Of a stretch of DNA of 35,946 nt, positions 1-13,854 are shown in pieces. Numbering within the stretch: the stretch's first letter is position 1; every line of letters starts with the position of its first letter. The DNA is taken from NCBI GenBank assembly GCA_964249315.1, contig CAXUCM010000001.1, forward strand, positions 1-35,946. The letters are read 5' to 3'. Source of the stretch: an uncultured Acetobacteraceae bacterium (lineage in GTDB: Bacteria > Pseudomonadota > Alphaproteobacteria > Acetobacterales > Acetobacteraceae). A model generated the notes under the pieces. That model saw only the letters and a program-made list of their open reading frames with translations, did not search any database and was not told the origin of the DNA. The translations under genes and the position numbers were made by a program.

Positions 1-51
1 AAGGCCAGGGCTCTGCCCTGGACCCGCTCAAGGCTCAGCCTTGAGAATCCA
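1..51 (+). repeat. REP-like double-hairpin repeat, copy 1 (may extend left of the window)
   Basis: CCAGGGC-tct-GCCCTGG and CTCAAGGC-tca-GCCTTGAG hairpins. Matches 31732-31782 at 50 of 51 nt. Lies just downstream of the 70..1236 stop. Confidence 0.85.
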
Positions 52-69
52 CTTTTCTAGTCGATCGAT

Positions 70-1236
70 TCATATCACGTTCAATTCCTCGATCCGTGCA
101 CCGCGCCCCACCCGCTCCACCGAGAGCGGCGAAAGGTCAATGCTGCTGAATGCCCCCTGTGTGATCAGCTCGCACACGCCGCGGCCGGCGGCCGGCGAAT
201 GCTGCATGCCATGACCGCTGAAGCCGGCGGCAATCATGAAGTTATCCGTGCCCGGCGCCCAGCCGATCATGGCGTTGTGGTCGAAGGTATTCATCTCGTA
301 ATGTCCGGACCAGGCGCGGGTCATGCGTATGCGTTCGAATGCCGGAATCCGATGCGCCAGCGCCGGCCAGACGAATTCGTCGAACTGCGCGTAGTCGGGT
401 TCCAGATCCTCCGGATCGGCATCCGAACGCCAGGGCGGCCCGCCGGCGATGAAGCCGTCGCCTTCCGGACGCACGTAGAAGCCGCTGGCATCCACCACCA
501 GGGGCATGTCAGGCGGCGGATCCGGGCAGCGGAAGGCGAAGATGGTCCGCTTCTCCGGTGCGACGGGCAGGTACAGGTCCGCCCAGGCGGCCACCGCGGC
601 GGCCTGGGGTCCCGCCGCGTTCACGAACAGGTCTGCCGGGATGTTGCCGGACTGCGCCGTTCGCACGGCAACGATCCTGCCGCTCTCCCGTATCAGGCCG
701 ACGGCACTCTCCTTGAGAAAGGTGACCCCGAGGCTGCGCGCCTTCTTGCGGAACGCCTGCATCAGGCTGTAGCCGTCGAACCAGCCCTCGCCGGACACGC
801 CCAGCGCCCCCAGGCCCAGATCGTCCACGTTCAGCCAGGGGAACCGGGCCGCCAGGCTCGCGGGCGGCAGGCCGATGACCGGCACGTCGTTCTCCGTCTG
901 CAGGCGCAAGGCGGCCTCGAGCCCGGCCGTGCGTCCGCTCGGGGCAAGATAGAGATAGCCACGCTCGATGAGGCCGATCTCGGGCCTGTCCCCGTCGACT
1001 TCCAGGCGGTCGCCGACGCGACGCAGGAACTCGAAGCCATGACGAGACATGCTCATGCAGACGGGGGTGGTGAATTGCTGCCGGATCGAACTCGCTGACA
1101 ACGCCGAGGATGCCCGCGCGTAGCTGGGATCGCGTTCGAGCACCAGGATCGAGCGGTGACCGGATTCGGCCAGATGGAAGGCGATCGACGAACCGATGAC
1201 GCCGCCGCCGATGATGACGATGTCGGATCGCGTCAC
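70..1236 (-). CDS. FAD-dependent oxidoreductase, DAO/sarcosine oxidase-beta (FOXRED1/AgaE-like) family
   Basis: N-terminal IIGGGVIG dinucleotide motif, SALSASSIRQQF, C-terminal GFSGHGMQHSPAAGR. GTG start overlaps the SDR stop (GTGA). Confidence 0.9.
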   Translation of the reverse strand: MTRSDIVIIGGGVIGSSIAFHLAESGHRSILVLERDPSYARASSALSASSIRQQFTTPVCMSMSRHGFEFLRRVGDRLEVDGDRPEIGLIERGYLYLAPSGRTAGLEAALRLQTENDVPVIGLPPASLAARFPWLNVDDLGLGALGVSGEGWFDGYSLMQAFRKKARSLGVTFLKESAVGLIRESGRIVAVRTAQSGNIPADLFVNAAGPQAAAVAAWADLYLPVAPEKRTIFAFRCPDPPPDMPLVVDASGFYVRPEGDGFIAGGPPWRSDADPEDLEPDYAQFDEFVWPALAHRIPAFERIRMTRAWSGHYEMNTFDHNAMIGWAPGTDNFMIAAGFSGHGMQHSPAAGRGVCELITQGAFSSIDLSPLSVERVGRGARIEELNVI

Positions 1237-2006
1237 GTACGGGCCGGGACCGGCACGGTGTAGTTCAATCCGAGGCGGCCGCCGTCGGGATAGATCGTCT
1301 GGCCGGTGACGTAGGACGATTCATCGCAGGCGAGGAAGACGGCGATGCTCGCCACTTCCTCCGGTGCGCCGGTACGACCGAGGGGCGTGCGGCTCAGGAT
1401 CCGATCCTCCGCAGCGCGGTCGGTCATGATGGAGCGGGCAAGATCCGTCATGATTGTGCCTGGCCCGATCGCATTCACCCGGATCCCGCGCGGCGCGAGC
1501 GACAACGCGGACACGTTGGTAAGCTGTTTCAGGGCGCCCTTGGATACGGCGTACGGAATCTGGTTGGGTATTCCGAGGATTGCATTCACCGAAGACATGT
1601 TGATGATCACGCCGCCGGCCTTCATCAGTCGTGCAGCGTTCTGCGTTCCGAACAGCGCGGACTTGAGGTTGATCGCCATGACGCGATCGAAATCTTCTTC
1701 CGTCAGATCCAGCAGATCGGCCGCGTGCGTGACGCCCGCATTATTGACGAGGATGTCCAGGCCGCCCCAGCTCTCCGCGACGAACGTGAAAAGCGCGTCG
1801 ATCTCGGACTTCCTGGAAACGTCGGTTCGACGGGCGATTTGTCCGAGGCTGGCGGCCAGCTCCGCGTTCGCCGCCTCCGCGATGTCTGCCAGGATCACGG
1901 CGGCGCCTTCCCGGACGAAGGCCTGGGCGATCGCGCGACCGATCCCGTTCGCGGCCCCGGTGACGACGGCGCGTTTTCCAGCGAGACGCTTCATTCGGCT
2001 TGCCAT
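1233..2006 (-). CDS. Classical short-chain dehydrogenase/reductase
   Basis: TGAANGIG, NNAG, catalytic S...YAVSK, IRVNAIGPG, YVTGQTIYPDGG. Confidence 0.93.
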   Translation of the reverse strand: MASRMKRLAGKRAVVTGAANGIGRAIAQAFVREGAAVILADIAEAANAELAASLGQIARRTDVSRKSEIDALFTFVAESWGGLDILVNNAGVTHAADLLDLTEEDFDRVMAINLKSALFGTQNAARLMKAGGVIINMSSVNAILGIPNQIPYAVSKGALKQLTNVSALSLAPRGIRVNAIGPGTIMTDLARSIMTDRAAEDRILSRTPLGRTGAPEEVASIAVFLACDESSYVTGQTIYPDGGRLGLNYTVPVPART

Positions 2007-2110
2007 CTTTCTCTAGGCCCGACGACGGGATCCTACGATCGTATGGCGGCGTTGATGCTATGACCAGAAGTAGCAGATATTCCCTGGAGCCGGAGGCTGG
2101 TTCGCGGCGG

Positions 2111-3028
2111 CTACAAGACGGTTCCCGTCAGCACGCCGGCTGCCACGCAACTTTGCACCTGCTCGACGAGAAGTACCTGAAGTTCTTTCGTCAGCCGAGG
2201 GATCGGTCTGTGCAGCGGCGTTGCACAGACCAGGAGTGCGCTCAAGCCCTTCTTGAACGGTCGCGCCTGCAACTTGCCCTCGCTCACTTCCCGGAACACG
2301 GCGCCGTAGGGAAGGATGCAGCGCTCCGGCCCATCTTCCGCAACCTTTTTCAGGGTAGCGATGGAGTCGATCTCGGCGGTGACGTCGATCCTTATGCTGG
2401 GGAGCGACGCCGCGGCATCGACGACGCGACGCAGCCCGTTGGACGCGTTGGGCAGCACGAAGGGGCCGATACCGAGTTCGGCGATGTCGGCGGGCTCGCT
2501 GCAGCCGGGTGCAGCGGCGCTTTCGATAAGATAGAGATGCTCGCGCAGAAGCGGATTGACGAGGAGCGTGGGCGACAGCCTGGCATCGTAGAGAACGCCG
2601 ATATCCACCTTGCCCGCTTCGAGCATCTCCAGCAACGAGCCGCTGAAGGCCTCGATGACGCGCAACCGAGCCTTGGGGAAACGCCGGGTGAACGCGCGTG
2701 CCAGAGGCACCGCGAGGGATGCGCCGAGTGACGGCGGCAGACCCAACGTGGCCCAGCCTTTCGGCTGGTGCTGTCCGTCATCGAGCTCTTCACGCACGGC
2801 TTCAAGCTGGCCGAACACGGCGCGGGCCACCTCCTCGAGCCGGACTCCCGCCTCAGTCAGCCGCACGCCACGCCCGTGCCGGTAGAGCAATCGGCTGCCG
2901 ACATCCCCCTCGAGCAATTGCACCCGCTTGCTGATAGTCGGTTGGGTCAAGCCAAGCTTGATGCCTGCCCTGGTGAAACTGCCGTGCTCGGCGACGGCGA
3001 GCAGGAGCTTAAGCGCTTCGAAATCCAC
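2111..3028 (-). CDS. LysR-family transcriptional regulator
   Basis: N-terminal HTH (GSFTRAG...LTQPTISKRVQLLE...LLYRHGRGVRLTEAG) plus substrate-binding domain; 305 aa. Confidence 0.95.
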   Translation of the reverse strand: MDFEALKLLLAVAEHGSFTRAGIKLGLTQPTISKRVQLLEGDVGSRLLYRHGRGVRLTEAGVRLEEVARAVFGQLEAVREELDDGQHQPKGWATLGLPPSLGASLAVPLARAFTRRFPKARLRVIEAFSGSLLEMLEAGKVDIGVLYDARLSPTLLVNPLLREHLYLIESAAAPGCSEPADIAELGIGPFVLPNASNGLRRVVDAAASLPSIRIDVTAEIDSIATLKKVAEDGPERCILPYGAVFREVSEGKLQARPFKKGLSALLVCATPLHRPIPRLTKELQVLLVEQVQSCVAAGVLTGTVL

Positions 3029-3065
3029 AGGCCTACCGATCAGTACTCATGCAACATTCTTCCGA

Positions 3066-3086
3066 GGTATGTCTCCACGCTATACC
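3066..3086. promoter_or_regulatory. Candidate LysR-type operator (T-N11-A within a dyad)
   Basis: GGTAT-gtctccacgct-ATACC: a 5-bp inverted repeat whose inner T3070 and A3082 are separated by 11 nt, about 40-60 bp upstream of the LysR start. Confidence 0.45.
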
Positions 3087-3238
3087 AGCACCTTGGGGCA
3101 GGCAATCGGCTGCCTGCCGCTGCCTGGACCCGGATGCATCGATATGGCGGCCTTCGCCCTTCGGTATCATTTGGCAGAAGCAACTTGTTTTCGGCGTCGA
3201 TTGAGGCCGAACGGACATCGTGCGTCAAACTGCCGGCG

Positions 3239-4882
3239 TCACTGCGCTGTCGCCGCAATCAGGCCCCGACCGACGACATGCGCCTGGATCTCGGCAGCAC
3301 CCTCGAAGATGTTCAGGATCCGGGCGTCGCAGAGAATGCGGCTGGCTTCGTATTCCAGCGCATACCCGTTGCCGCCGTGGATCTGCACGTTAAGGTCCGC
3401 ATTGCACCAGGCCACGCGAGCGGCGAGCAGCTTGGCCATGCCGGCCTCGACGTCACACCGCCAGCCGGCATCCTTGGTCCGGGAGGCGGCGTAGGTCAGC
3501 TCGCGCGCCAGCACGATCTCCGTTGCCATAAGTGCCAGCTTGTCCGAGACGCGGGGGAACGCAGTCAGGGCGCGACCGAACTGGCGGCGCTCGGTCGCGT
3601 ATCGCAACGCAAGGTCGAAAGCGTTCCAGGCGACACCCACGGCGCGCGCCGCGGTCTGGATGCGCGCCCCCTCGAAGGTGCGCATCAGTTGCTGGAAGCC
3701 GCTCCCTTCCTGGTCACCCAGGATCGCGTCACCCTCGACCCGGAAGCCGTCGAAGGAAAGGACGTATTCCTTCATGCCGCGATAGCCGAGGACCCCGATC
3801 TCTCCGCCTTCCAGCCCGGCATCCGGAAAATCGCTGGCCTCGGTCCCGCGTGCCTTCGGCGCGAGCAGGATCGACAGACCGGCATGCCCTTGCCTCTGCG
3901 TATCGGTGCGTACCAGCATCGTCATCAGGTCCGCCCGCGCCGCATGGGTGATCCAGGTCTTGCTGCCATGCACCAGCCAGCCTGCGCCGTCTCGTCTTGC
4001 CCGTGTCCTCAGCGAGGCGAGGTCGGAGCCGGTGTCGGGCTCCGTGAAGACCGCCGTCGGGAGGATCTTGCCGGACGCGATGCCGGGCAGGAAGCGTGCC
4101 TTCTGCGTCGCCGTGCCGCTCGACGCGATCAGCTCGCCGGCGATCTCCGAGCGCGTGCCGAGCGATCCGGCGCAGATCCAGCCCCGGCTCAGCTCCTCGG
4201 AGACCACGCTCATCGCGAGCTTGCCGAGCCCGAGGCCGCCATACTCCTCCGCGATGCAGATGCCGAAGACGCCGAGCGCCGCCATCTCGGCGATGACGTG
4301 GTCCGGGATCAGGGCGTCGGCCAGATGCCAACCGTGCGCGTCGGGTGCGATCCGGCGGGCGGTGAAGCCGCGGAGCTCATCGCGTGCCATATCGAGCGCT
4401 GGATCGTCCAACGCCTCGCCGGGCCGTTCGCCATCCTGCAATCGCCGTGCGAGCTCGGCACGAGCGGCGGCCACGTTGCCCTCCTTGAGGAAGAGCTGCA
4501 CTGCCGGGTCGCCGGCCAGGATCGCCGCCGCCTCATCCAGCTCCAGCTCGGACGGCCGGACGAACTCGTTCTGGCTCATCGGAATGCCGCCGAGAAGCTG
4601 GCTCAGATACTCGCCGAAGCCGATCCGCAGAACCAGCACGTCCACCGCCTGCAGGCGTCCGGCATCCTCCGAAGCCGCCGCCCAGCCGCGCAACGCGCCG
4701 AGCGCGGCACTGGTGGTGGCGATCCAGGCCAGTCCGTGCAGCAGGCGCTGCTCGCGGTCGGCCAGGGCGGGATCCAAGCGTCCGCCAGGTGCCACGATCG
4801 CGGCAACGCCGGCGCAGGCGGCGTCGGTGAAGCGCGCCGCGGCATCGGCCGCCTGCTTCGCGTCAACCAGGAACCGGGTCAT
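3239..4882 (-). CDS. mcd: Acyl-CoA dehydrogenase, (2S)-methylsuccinyl-CoA dehydrogenase-like
   Basis: Start moved to ATG 4882 (MTRFLVD), 547 aa. N-terminal extension with [72 protein letters not shown] match my recollection of the Mcd subfamily. Confidence 0.8.
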   Translation of the reverse strand: MTRFLVDAKQAADAAARFTDAACAGVAAIVAPGGRLDPALADREQRLLHGLAWIATTSAALGALRGWAAASEDAGRLQAVDVLVLRIGFGEYLSQLLGGIPMSQNEFVRPSELELDEAAAILAGDPAVQLFLKEGNVAAARAELARRLQDGERPGEALDDPALDMARDELRGFTARRIAPDAHGWHLADALIPDHVIAEMAALGVFGICIAEEYGGLGLGKLAMSVVSEELSRGWICAGSLGTRSEIAGELIASSGTATQKARFLPGIASGKILPTAVFTEPDTGSDLASLRTRARRDGAGWLVHGSKTWITHAARADLMTMLVRTDTQRQGHAGLSILLAPKARGTEASDFPDAGLEGGEIGVLGYRGMKEYVLSFDGFRVEGDAILGDQEGSGFQQLMRTFEGARIQTAARAVGVAWNAFDLALRYATERRQFGRALTAFPRVSDKLALMATEIVLARELTYAASRTKDAGWRCDVEAGMAKLLAARVAWCNADLNVQIHGGNGYALEYEASRILCDARILNIFEGAAEIQAHVVGRGLIAATAQ

Positions 4883-4964
4883 CTCTGTCCTGCCTTTGCG
4901 TCCAAGCCGACGACGCCGTCGCCGCGAACGGACCGATGCGACCGACCGAGCCGTTCCGCCCCGT

Positions 4965-6155
4965 TCACGCGACGATCCCCGTGTCGTGCAGGTGCCCGAT
5001 CTCGGCAGCTCCCATCCCGAGCAGCGTCTCCAGGACCAGGTCCGTATGCTGGCCGAGGCTCGGTGCGACCGAGGCCGAGCGAGGCTCACCGGGAAGACGC
5101 AGGGCCGAACCGGGCGTGAGGTAGGTGCCGCCGGGATGGCGGGTTTCGGCGAAGACGGGATTGTCCGTGAAGAAGCGCGCCTCGTTCGCGATCGCGCCGG
5201 CGAGCGTGTCGTAGCGCGACCAGCAGACGCCATGGCTGACGAAGCTGTCCGCCAGGTCCGCGACGCAGCGGGCCTGCACGGCGGCGGCGACGATTGGAAA
5301 GAGCCGATCGCGATGGACGAAGCGCCGGCCCTCGTCCAGGAAGGACACGGCGAGTTCCTCCTCGAGTGCCGAGACCGGGGTGCCGAGGTCGAGCGACTGC
5401 ACGAGCCCGGACCATTGCCGTGTGGTTATGGCGACGATCATCAAGCGGACGCCGTCCGCGGTCATGAAGTCCCGTCCGAACGCGCCGAACAGGTCGTTTC
5501 CGTGACGTGCCCGATCGCCGCCGCTGATGGTCTCGGCGAGGGATCCCAGGTGAGCCAGGGTCGCCGCGGCGAGGTCGGACAGAGCGAGCTGCACGTCCCG
5601 GCCTCGCCCCGTCCGCGCGCGGTCCCGCTCGGCCGCGAGCAGGGCGAACGCGCCATAGGCTCCGGCGACGAGGTCCCACGCGGGCAGCACGTGATTGACC
5701 GGGCCCGGGTCGTCTGCGGGACCGGTCATCATCGGCACGCCGATCGCGGCATTGATCGTGTAGTCGACCGCCGGCGTGCCGTCCGCCCAGCCCTTGATGC
5801 GCAAGCAGATGAGATCATGCCGGAGCTTCGCGAGCGCGTCGTAGGAGAGGAAGCCGCGTTCGGGGAAGCTGGTGACGAACAGACCGTCGCCTGCCGTGGC
5901 GATCCGCTGTGCAAGCCGCCGGCCGGCCGGTTCGGACAGGTTGATCGCGATCGACTGCTTGGCCTTGTTCAGCCCCTCCCAGTAGAAGCTCGTCCCGTCT
6001 TCCGCCCTGGGCCATCGCCATCGATCGGGACCGCCGCCGATCTGATCGAAGCGTACGACCGTGGCGCCGAGCTGGGCGAGGTGCAGGCCACAGGAGGGGC
6101 CGGCGATGAACGCGGCACCCTCCACCACCGTCATGCCGCTGAGCAACCCATACAT
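4965..6155 (-). CDS. mct: Family III CoA transferase, mesaconyl-CoA C1-C4 transferase (2-methylfumaryl-CoA isomerase)-like
   Basis: [11 protein letters not shown]...[46 protein letters not shown] (catalytic Asp), [14 protein letters not shown]. These are Mct-subfamily signatures rather than generic CaiB ones. Confidence 0.8.
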   Translation of the reverse strand: MYGLLSGMTVVEGAAFIAGPSCGLHLAQLGATVVRFDQIGGGPDRWRWPRAEDGTSFYWEGLNKAKQSIAINLSEPAGRRLAQRIATAGDGLFVTSFPERGFLSYDALAKLRHDLICLRIKGWADGTPAVDYTINAAIGVPMMTGPADDPGPVNHVLPAWDLVAGAYGAFALLAAERDRARTGRGRDVQLALSDLAAATLAHLGSLAETISGGDRARHGNDLFGAFGRDFMTADGVRLMIVAITTRQWSGLVQSLDLGTPVSALEEELAVSFLDEGRRFVHRDRLFPIVAAAVQARCVADLADSFVSHGVCWSRYDTLAGAIANEARFFTDNPVFAETRHPGGTYLTPGSALRLPGEPRSASVAPSLGQHTDLVLETLLGMGAAEIGHLHDTGIVA

Positions 6156-6170
6156 GCCGGGCTCGAGCCG

Positions 6171-9820
<3,650 letters not shown>

Positions 9821-9824
<4 letters not shown>

Positions 9825-12379
9825 CGGACCTCACCCAGGGCGCGAAGGATCAGCGCATGTTGATCGCGATCGTGCCAGTTGTGAAAGCTGCCGGCCGGCG
9901 AGGCGGATTCCGATCGTGCAACCATGGGCAGGAGCGAGATTCCGGCCGCGGCCGCAAGTCCGGCCAGTTTCGGCATCAGCCAGGCGCCCGCGCCGAAATT
10001 CTCCGGCTCCTCCTGGAGCCAGACCAGATCCTTCGTGCCGAGCGCCTTCAGGCGAGAGGACAGGCTCTCGGCCGGGAACGGGTATAACGCTTCCAGCCGC
10101 AGCACGGAAACCGAAGCTGCGGTCGCGGCGCGCAGTTTCTCGACCTCGTAGGCGATCTTGCCGCTGCAGAGGATCGCGCGGGTGGCGGGATCGCCGGAAG
10201 CGGACACGATCACCGGCTCGAACGTCGCCTGGGACGTGAAGCTCGCGAGCTCCGATCGCGCCTGCGGGAGGCGCAGCAGCATCTTCGGGGTGACGATGAA
10301 GAGCGGGCGCCGGTTCTGCCGCGCCTGATCAAGCAGGAGGTGGAAATAGTTGGCCGGCGTGGTGGGATGCGCCACGGCGATGTTGTCGCCCGCGCAGAGC
10401 TGCAACAGGCGCTCGATGCGGGCGGAGGAATGTTCCGGGCCCTGACCTTCCAGACCGTGCGGCAGCAGGATCGTCAGGCCGGAGGTCTGCGTCCATTTCT
10501 CGAAACCCGCGGCGATGAACTGGTCGATCACGATCTGCGCGCCGTTGGCGAAGTCGCCGAACTGCGCTTCCCACAGGCACAGCGTCTGCGCGGAGGCCAG
10601 CGAGTAGCCGTACTCGAATCCCAGCACCGCATATTCCGACAGAGGGCTGTTGATCACCTCGAACCGCGCGCCGTCGCGCGCGAACTCGAGGAGCGTATGG
10701 TGCTTGGCACCGGTCTCGGGATGGATCGCGGCAAGATGACGTTGCGAGAACGACCCACGCTCCACGTCCTGCCCGCAGAAGCGTATGGAACGCCCCTCTC
10801 GTAGCACACAGGCGAACGCCATGGCTTCTGCGAGCGGCCAGCTGATCCCTGCCTCGATCTCGTCCAGGCGGCGGCTCATCAGCTTGGCCATCTTGGCGTG
10901 ACCGCGTCCCTGAGGCATCCGACTCAGCGCGGTGATGATCTCGCGCAAATCGTCCAGGCCACGATCCGCCGCCGGCGCGACCGCACTCCTGATGCCGGTG
11001 CCCATCCTGGTATCGGGCAAGGCGTTGGGGCGGCCGACGCGCTGCACCGCATAGGCCTCCTCGAGGATGCTCCGGATCGCCTGCCGACGGTCCTGCGCCT
11101 GCGCCGGCGTCAGCAGACCGCATTCGATCATCCGGCGCTCGTACAGCTTGGCGGGACCGGTCTTCGCATCGGCCGCCCGGTAATACACCGGTTGCGTGAA
11201 GCGCGGCTCGTCGATCTCGTTATGTCCATTGGCGCGGTAGCAGACCAGATCGATGACCGCGTCCGAGGCGAAGCGCCGGCGGAACCCCATCGCCAGCCGG
11301 ACGGCACGCAGACCCGCATCCACGTCGTCGCCGTTCACGTGCAGCAGCAGGCTGTCCACCGCGCGCCATGGACCGGTGCAGTAGCGCGAGGTCCGCGCTT
11401 CCTCGACGTTCGTCGTGAAGCCGACCTGGTTGTTGACGACCACATGCAAGGTGCCGCCGACCTCGAAGCCGCGCAGCCCGCTCATCTGCAGCAGTTCGGC
11501 GTTGACGCCCTGACCGATCACGCTGGCATCCGTGTGCAGGATCACCGCGAGCGACCGGGCGCCTTCCTGCCGGCGTGCGCGGGTGTAGCCGATCACCAAC
11601 GGATTGACCGCCTCCAGATGCGACGGATTGGGAAACAGCGTGCAGTGCACGCCGTCCCGCACGCCCTCGAACCCCAGATGGTACGGCAGGTCCGCCGGCT
11701 GGTCCGGCTGGTCGGCGAACGGATGCTCGCCGCCGATCAGTCCGAACAGGCGGCTGAACGACATCGTGCCGAAATTGCCCAGGATGGAAAGCCTTCCCCT
11801 GTGCATGGAGCCGATGACGATCTCGTCGATGCCCGTCCGTGCGCATTCGCGCCGCACGGCGTGCAGCAACGGCAGGATGACATCCGCTCCCTCGCTGCCG
11901 AACCGCTTCTTGCCGGGATATTTCGAAGCGAGGAAGCCGTCGAAGATCTCCGTCTCCAGGAGCTGTTCGTAGGCCGCGAGGTCCGGACGGGCCGGTTCCG
12001 CCTGGATCTCCTCGAAGGCGGATGCGACCCACTCGGCCATCTCGGGCGAGTCGAGATGGCCGGTTTCCACCGCGAGGGTCCCGGTATATGCACCTCGCAT
12101 CCCGTCCACGACGTCAGGCTGGAGGAGACCGTGCGGCAACGGGACCGGTTGCGCGATCCCGAGCGGATCAAGCGACGCATGCAGATGTCCGAAGCGTTGC
12201 AGATAGCGGTTCCGCAGATCCGCACCGGCGTCATGCCCGGTCCAGGCCGGGTTCGATCCAGCATCGCCATAGAAGGTCTGGATGAAATCGAACGCGTTCC
12301 GCCAATCTGCAGGCAGACTCGCCGGTGACGTAACGTACTTGTTCCAGAGCGATTCCAGATAGCTCGCATCTGCTATCAT
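9821..12379 (-). CDS. 2-oxoglutarate dehydrogenase E1-like (SucA paralog, divergent)
   Basis: KRFGSEG, HRGRL, NPSHLEAV, ThDP motif HTDAS...NNQVGFTT, GHNEIDEP, NSPLSEYAVLGFEYG, WEAQFGDFANGAQ, GPEHSSAR. No sucB or lpd in the window. Confidence 0.9.
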
Positions 12380-12504
12380 ATAGATCTCAGACGCTGTCCG
12401 CCGTTTCCAGAGATGCCTGATTAGCAGGCCGGAGACATGCTACCTACGGATCCTGCACACTACCAGCTATTCGGCCGGATTGGGAGGTGCAAGCCGCGTC
12501 CCGA

Positions 12505-13437
12505 CTACGGCGCAGGTGCCTCGGCCACCATGCAAAGCCTGGCCGCTGCGAGATCCTGGATGGCGTGGCCGACGGACTTGAAGAGTGTCGGCATGCCACG
12601 GGGCGTGACGAGCGGGCCCGTTGCCCTGCAGAGCTGGAAGAGGTCGGTCCGGACGTGCTCGGCCTCGATCGTGCCTTCCGCGATCGGCGTCAGGATGTCG
12701 CCTGCCTCCGCCAGGACGCCGTCGCGCGTGTCGGCGGCAACGTAGCTGCGCCGGATCGCTTCACTGTCTGCTTCGCGCATGGACGGGCGGAAACCGCCGA
12801 TCAGGCTCAGATGGGTGTCCCTTCCCAGCCATTCGCCCCGTATGATCGGTTCGGTCGCGAACGTCGCGCAGGCAATGATAGAGGCCGTCGCAGCAGCTTC
12901 GGCAAGATCGGTGCAGACCGAGGCGGCCGTGCCTTGAGCCTCGATTTCCCGAACCAGGGCGGCAGCGCGGACGGCCTGACGCGCCCAGACCGTCACCCGC
13001 CGGATCGGACGCACGGCCGACAGCGCGGCGGGAAGCTCGCGTGCGACACGGCCGGCACCGACCACCAGCACGTGGTCCGCCGCCACCGGCGCCAGGAACG
13101 AGGCCGCCAGCGCCGCGACCGAAGCGGTCCGCCGCGCCGTCAAGGTCTCACCGTCGATGAACGCCTCGAGTTCCCCGGTTCTGCCATCGCTCAGCAGGTA
13201 GTGGCTGGAGACGGTAGGCTGCCCGTGGCGCGCGTTGCCCGGAAAGACGTTGACCAGCTTCACGCCGAGATGGCGCGCGTTCCAGGCCGGCATCATCAGC
13301 GTGCTCGACCCACCGCCGAGATCGAAATGCACGCGCCTTGGTGTCTGCCATTCCTGCGCGAGGGCATCCCGGAGCGCCGGCACCAGCCGATCGTAGGGCA
13401 GGCGCGCCGCCACCGTCCGTGCGTCAAGGATCACCAT
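12505..13437 (-). CDS. Ornithine cyclodeaminase/mu-crystallin family; likely Delta1-pyrroline-2-carboxylate reductase-like
   Basis: MPAW...GVKLVNVFPGN, LTARRTAS, GAGRVA, FKSVGHAIQDLAAA. Start placed at ATG 13437 (GGAGGG SD), overlapping the end of the AcnX small subunit gene. Confidence 0.85.
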   Translation of the reverse strand: MVILDARTVAARLPYDRLVPALRDALAQEWQTPRRVHFDLGGGSSTLMMPAWNARHLGVKLVNVFPGNARHGQPTVSSHYLLSDGRTGELEAFIDGETLTARRTASVAALAASFLAPVAADHVLVVGAGRVARELPAALSAVRPIRRVTVWARQAVRAAALVREIEAQGTAASVCTDLAEAAATASIIACATFATEPIIRGEWLGRDTHLSLIGGFRPSMREADSEAIRRSYVAADTRDGVLAEAGDILTPIAEGTIEAEHVRTDLFQLCRATGPLVTPRGMPTLFKSVGHAIQDLAAARLCMVAEAPAP

Positions 13438-13853
13438 GTCGCCCTCCACGACAATCGGGCGATGCCCGCGGCGTCACAGGCGATCCGGAGGGCGTCACCG
13501 CTCTCGATCCCCTCGGTCGGACATACCATCATCGGCAGGTAGAGTCCGTAGAGTCGCTGTGCCACCAGACAGGCGACCAGCATGATCGGGTCGGGACGGG
13601 CGAGCACGATGCCGAGCGGCGCCGTGCGCAACCGGATCGCCTCCGCCAGCACCGACGCGGAGGACGAGGAACCCCTGCCGCCCGGGATGACCAGAACATG
13701 ACCCATGACGACGCGGCCACGATCGGGATGCGAATGGTCGATGATCTCGCCGGTTGCCACGGCAACGCCGCCATAGAAGCTGAGCGGCGCGCGGAGGACG
13801 AGCGCCGGACCTTCAGCCTCGCCGGCGGCATAGGCGCGTCCGGGCCGCTCCAT
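13431..13853 (-). CDS. Aconitase X swiveling-domain subunit (DUF126)
   Basis: GEAEG.ALVLRAPLSFYGGV...TGEIID.SHP, GGRGSSSSA. Start moved to ATG 13853, directly after the large subunit stop. Confidence 0.88.
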   Translation of the reverse strand: MERPGRAYAAGEAEGPALVLRAPLSFYGGVAVATGEIIDHSHPDRGRVVMGHVLVIPGGRGSSSSASVLAEAIRLRTAPLGIVLARPDPIMLVACLVAQRLYGLYLPMMVCPTEGIESGDALRIACDAAGIARLSWRATW

Positions 13854-13854
13854 G

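Noticed and set aside
1-51. tRNA or simple Rho-independent terminator
   Set aside because: No cloverleaf, no U-tract directly after the stems, and the sequence recurs in both orientations.
2768-5119. 783-aa plus-strand ORF and similar long plus ORFs (10898..12328, 16321..18147, 21323..22867, 23888..25090, 29081..30490, 32418..34004)
   Set aside because: Each lies opposite a well-supported minus-strand gene; these are codon-bias artefacts.
4883-5233. N-terminal extension of the acyl-CoA dehydrogenase ORF (likewise TonB receptor to 25612, GH2 to 30508, AcnX small subunit to 13892)
   Set aside because: The extensions overlap upstream genes or look non-coding. Downstream ATGs have SD sequences or translational coupling.
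3239-6155. Evidence for autotrophic 3-hydroxypropionate bicycle or ethylmalonyl-CoA assimilation
   Set aside because: No key enzymes of either pathway are in the window, and the context (transporters, oxidases) is catabolic.
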